A DNA stretch of 63,384 nt, filler included, from Atractiella rhizophila (Eukaryota), in the NCBI GenBank assembly GCA_021432655.1. It is 5 parts of 4 records of this genome, joined end to end, with 100 filler letters (N's around TTAATTAATTAA, not from the genome) between each part and the next. Parts side by side here need not be neighbours in the genome. Positions count along the whole stretch, not along the records: positions 61,878 to 63,384 come from MU271804.1; 4 more parts are not named here. One strand, 5' to 3'. Position numbers and translations under genes: made by a program. The notes under the pieces are model-generated. The model saw only the letters and a program-made list of their open reading frames with translations. It ran no database searches and was not told the origin of the DNA. Below are positions 62,458 to 63,384 of this stretch, one piece after another (position 1 is the first letter of the stretch; each line of letters starts with the position of its first letter).

Positions 62458-63384
62458 TCAGGATGTGAAAAAACCGTCCTCTTTCTCCTTATACGTGTGA
62501 TATCCCGTCTCTGCCAACGAAAAATCCGGTCTAATAGGCGTTGCAAAAGTGACCATAGGCCCAAGTTCCCTCGGTCCAAAGAGAGCGGACGCCTCAAACC
62601 TCTGGACATAACTCTGAGTGTGGCTCCTCGTCGGAGTCAACGGTCGTCCATCTTCGTCCTGCGCTAGTCCGCGACCAGGAAGGGAGATGTGTTGGTTGAA
62701 GTGCTCCGCTGTGGGAGCCAGGAAGCTCCTGCTCAATACATCCCCGTTGGACTCCGCATTCCCCCTCGTTCGCGTACCCCGCCGTGTGTTGGTGTTGGCA
62801 GTGGTGGACCGTGTGGAAGCTGGAGAGCGAAGGGAGCGGATGAGGATGAGAACGTGGGCTGCCCCACCAAGGATGGCGTAAACGTAGAGGGAGCCGACGT
62901 CGTTTACTTGGAGCGGACCCTTGTGTCGAATGACTGACTGGACGTCGACCGTTATCCACACTAGGGTACATTCTAGAGGTTAGCCTAGAGGAGGGGACCG
63001 CAGAAGCCAAAAGGGAGGTATAAGAGAAGACGCACGGGTCTGGGCCACGTAGAGTGTGAGAGCGAGAACTATGGCCGCACAACTGGCGATCAAACTATTA
63101 TAGCTCTCAACCACCCTCCTCTTCTCGCTCCCACCCGTATCCGCCGACCCAATCTTCCTACTCCCACCCGTTCCTCCAAAAAATCCAAATCCGAATCCAC
63201 TCTTTCCCGTACCCGTCCCAGTCGGCGGTGGTGGTCCAAGCTGATCTGCCTCGCGTTGCTGTTGAGTCTGAGTTGGAGGCAGATGGATTGTCTGGATCTG
63301 CACGCCAGCTTCGCGCTCGACGATGCCGGAGGGAGAGATGACGCGAGGAGTGGAGACGATGTGGTGGTGCATGCTCTCGTAGTG
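62458..63384 (-). CDS. 3' part of a multi-pass membrane protein, begins beyond the window
   Basis: SLIASCAAIVLALTLYVAQ|...SLYVYAILGGAAHVLILIRSL hydrophobic segments separated by a short intron. Confidence 0.55.

Overview
Intron-rich fungal (basidiomycete-type) nuclear DNA, assembled from at least five pieces joined by artificial 100-nt N44-TTAATTAATTAA-N44 linkers, plus three sized N gaps. Left to right: a tandem array of fungal FunK1-type protein kinases (one intact, one cut by the window edge, one frameshifted, one relic); orphan and membrane genes; a Con-6-like gene; SEC15; an NDUFAF6-like gene; RPA49; mitochondrial RNA polymerase RPO41; a large Tyr/Pro-repeat protein; DRE2; RSA4/NLE1; TAL1; a PAP2 phosphatase; CRC1; MED4; PRP38; a Zn2Cys6 factor; a PHO80-like cyclin; NDUFA6; a nested Ty1/Copia cluster; two partial genes. 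The most striking feature is three blocks (about 26213-29754, 32701-35839, 61228-61777) that are reversed without being complemented. They are invisible to six-frame translation, but their complement read left to right gives the RPO41 catalytic core, most of the repeat protein and the Copia linker. This is almost certainly a gap-filling or assembly artifact, not biology. Biological points of interest: a 193-aa higher-order Tyr-Pro repeat, seven genes with unusually long first introns (some with antisense ORF-like content), an evolving kinase array, and a TE nest with a solo LTR split by a micro-inversion and an LTR palindrome made of two Gcn4/AP-1 sites. I found no evidence strong enough to claim a wholly new biological system. 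All gene names come from motif recognition by eye, not from database searches.
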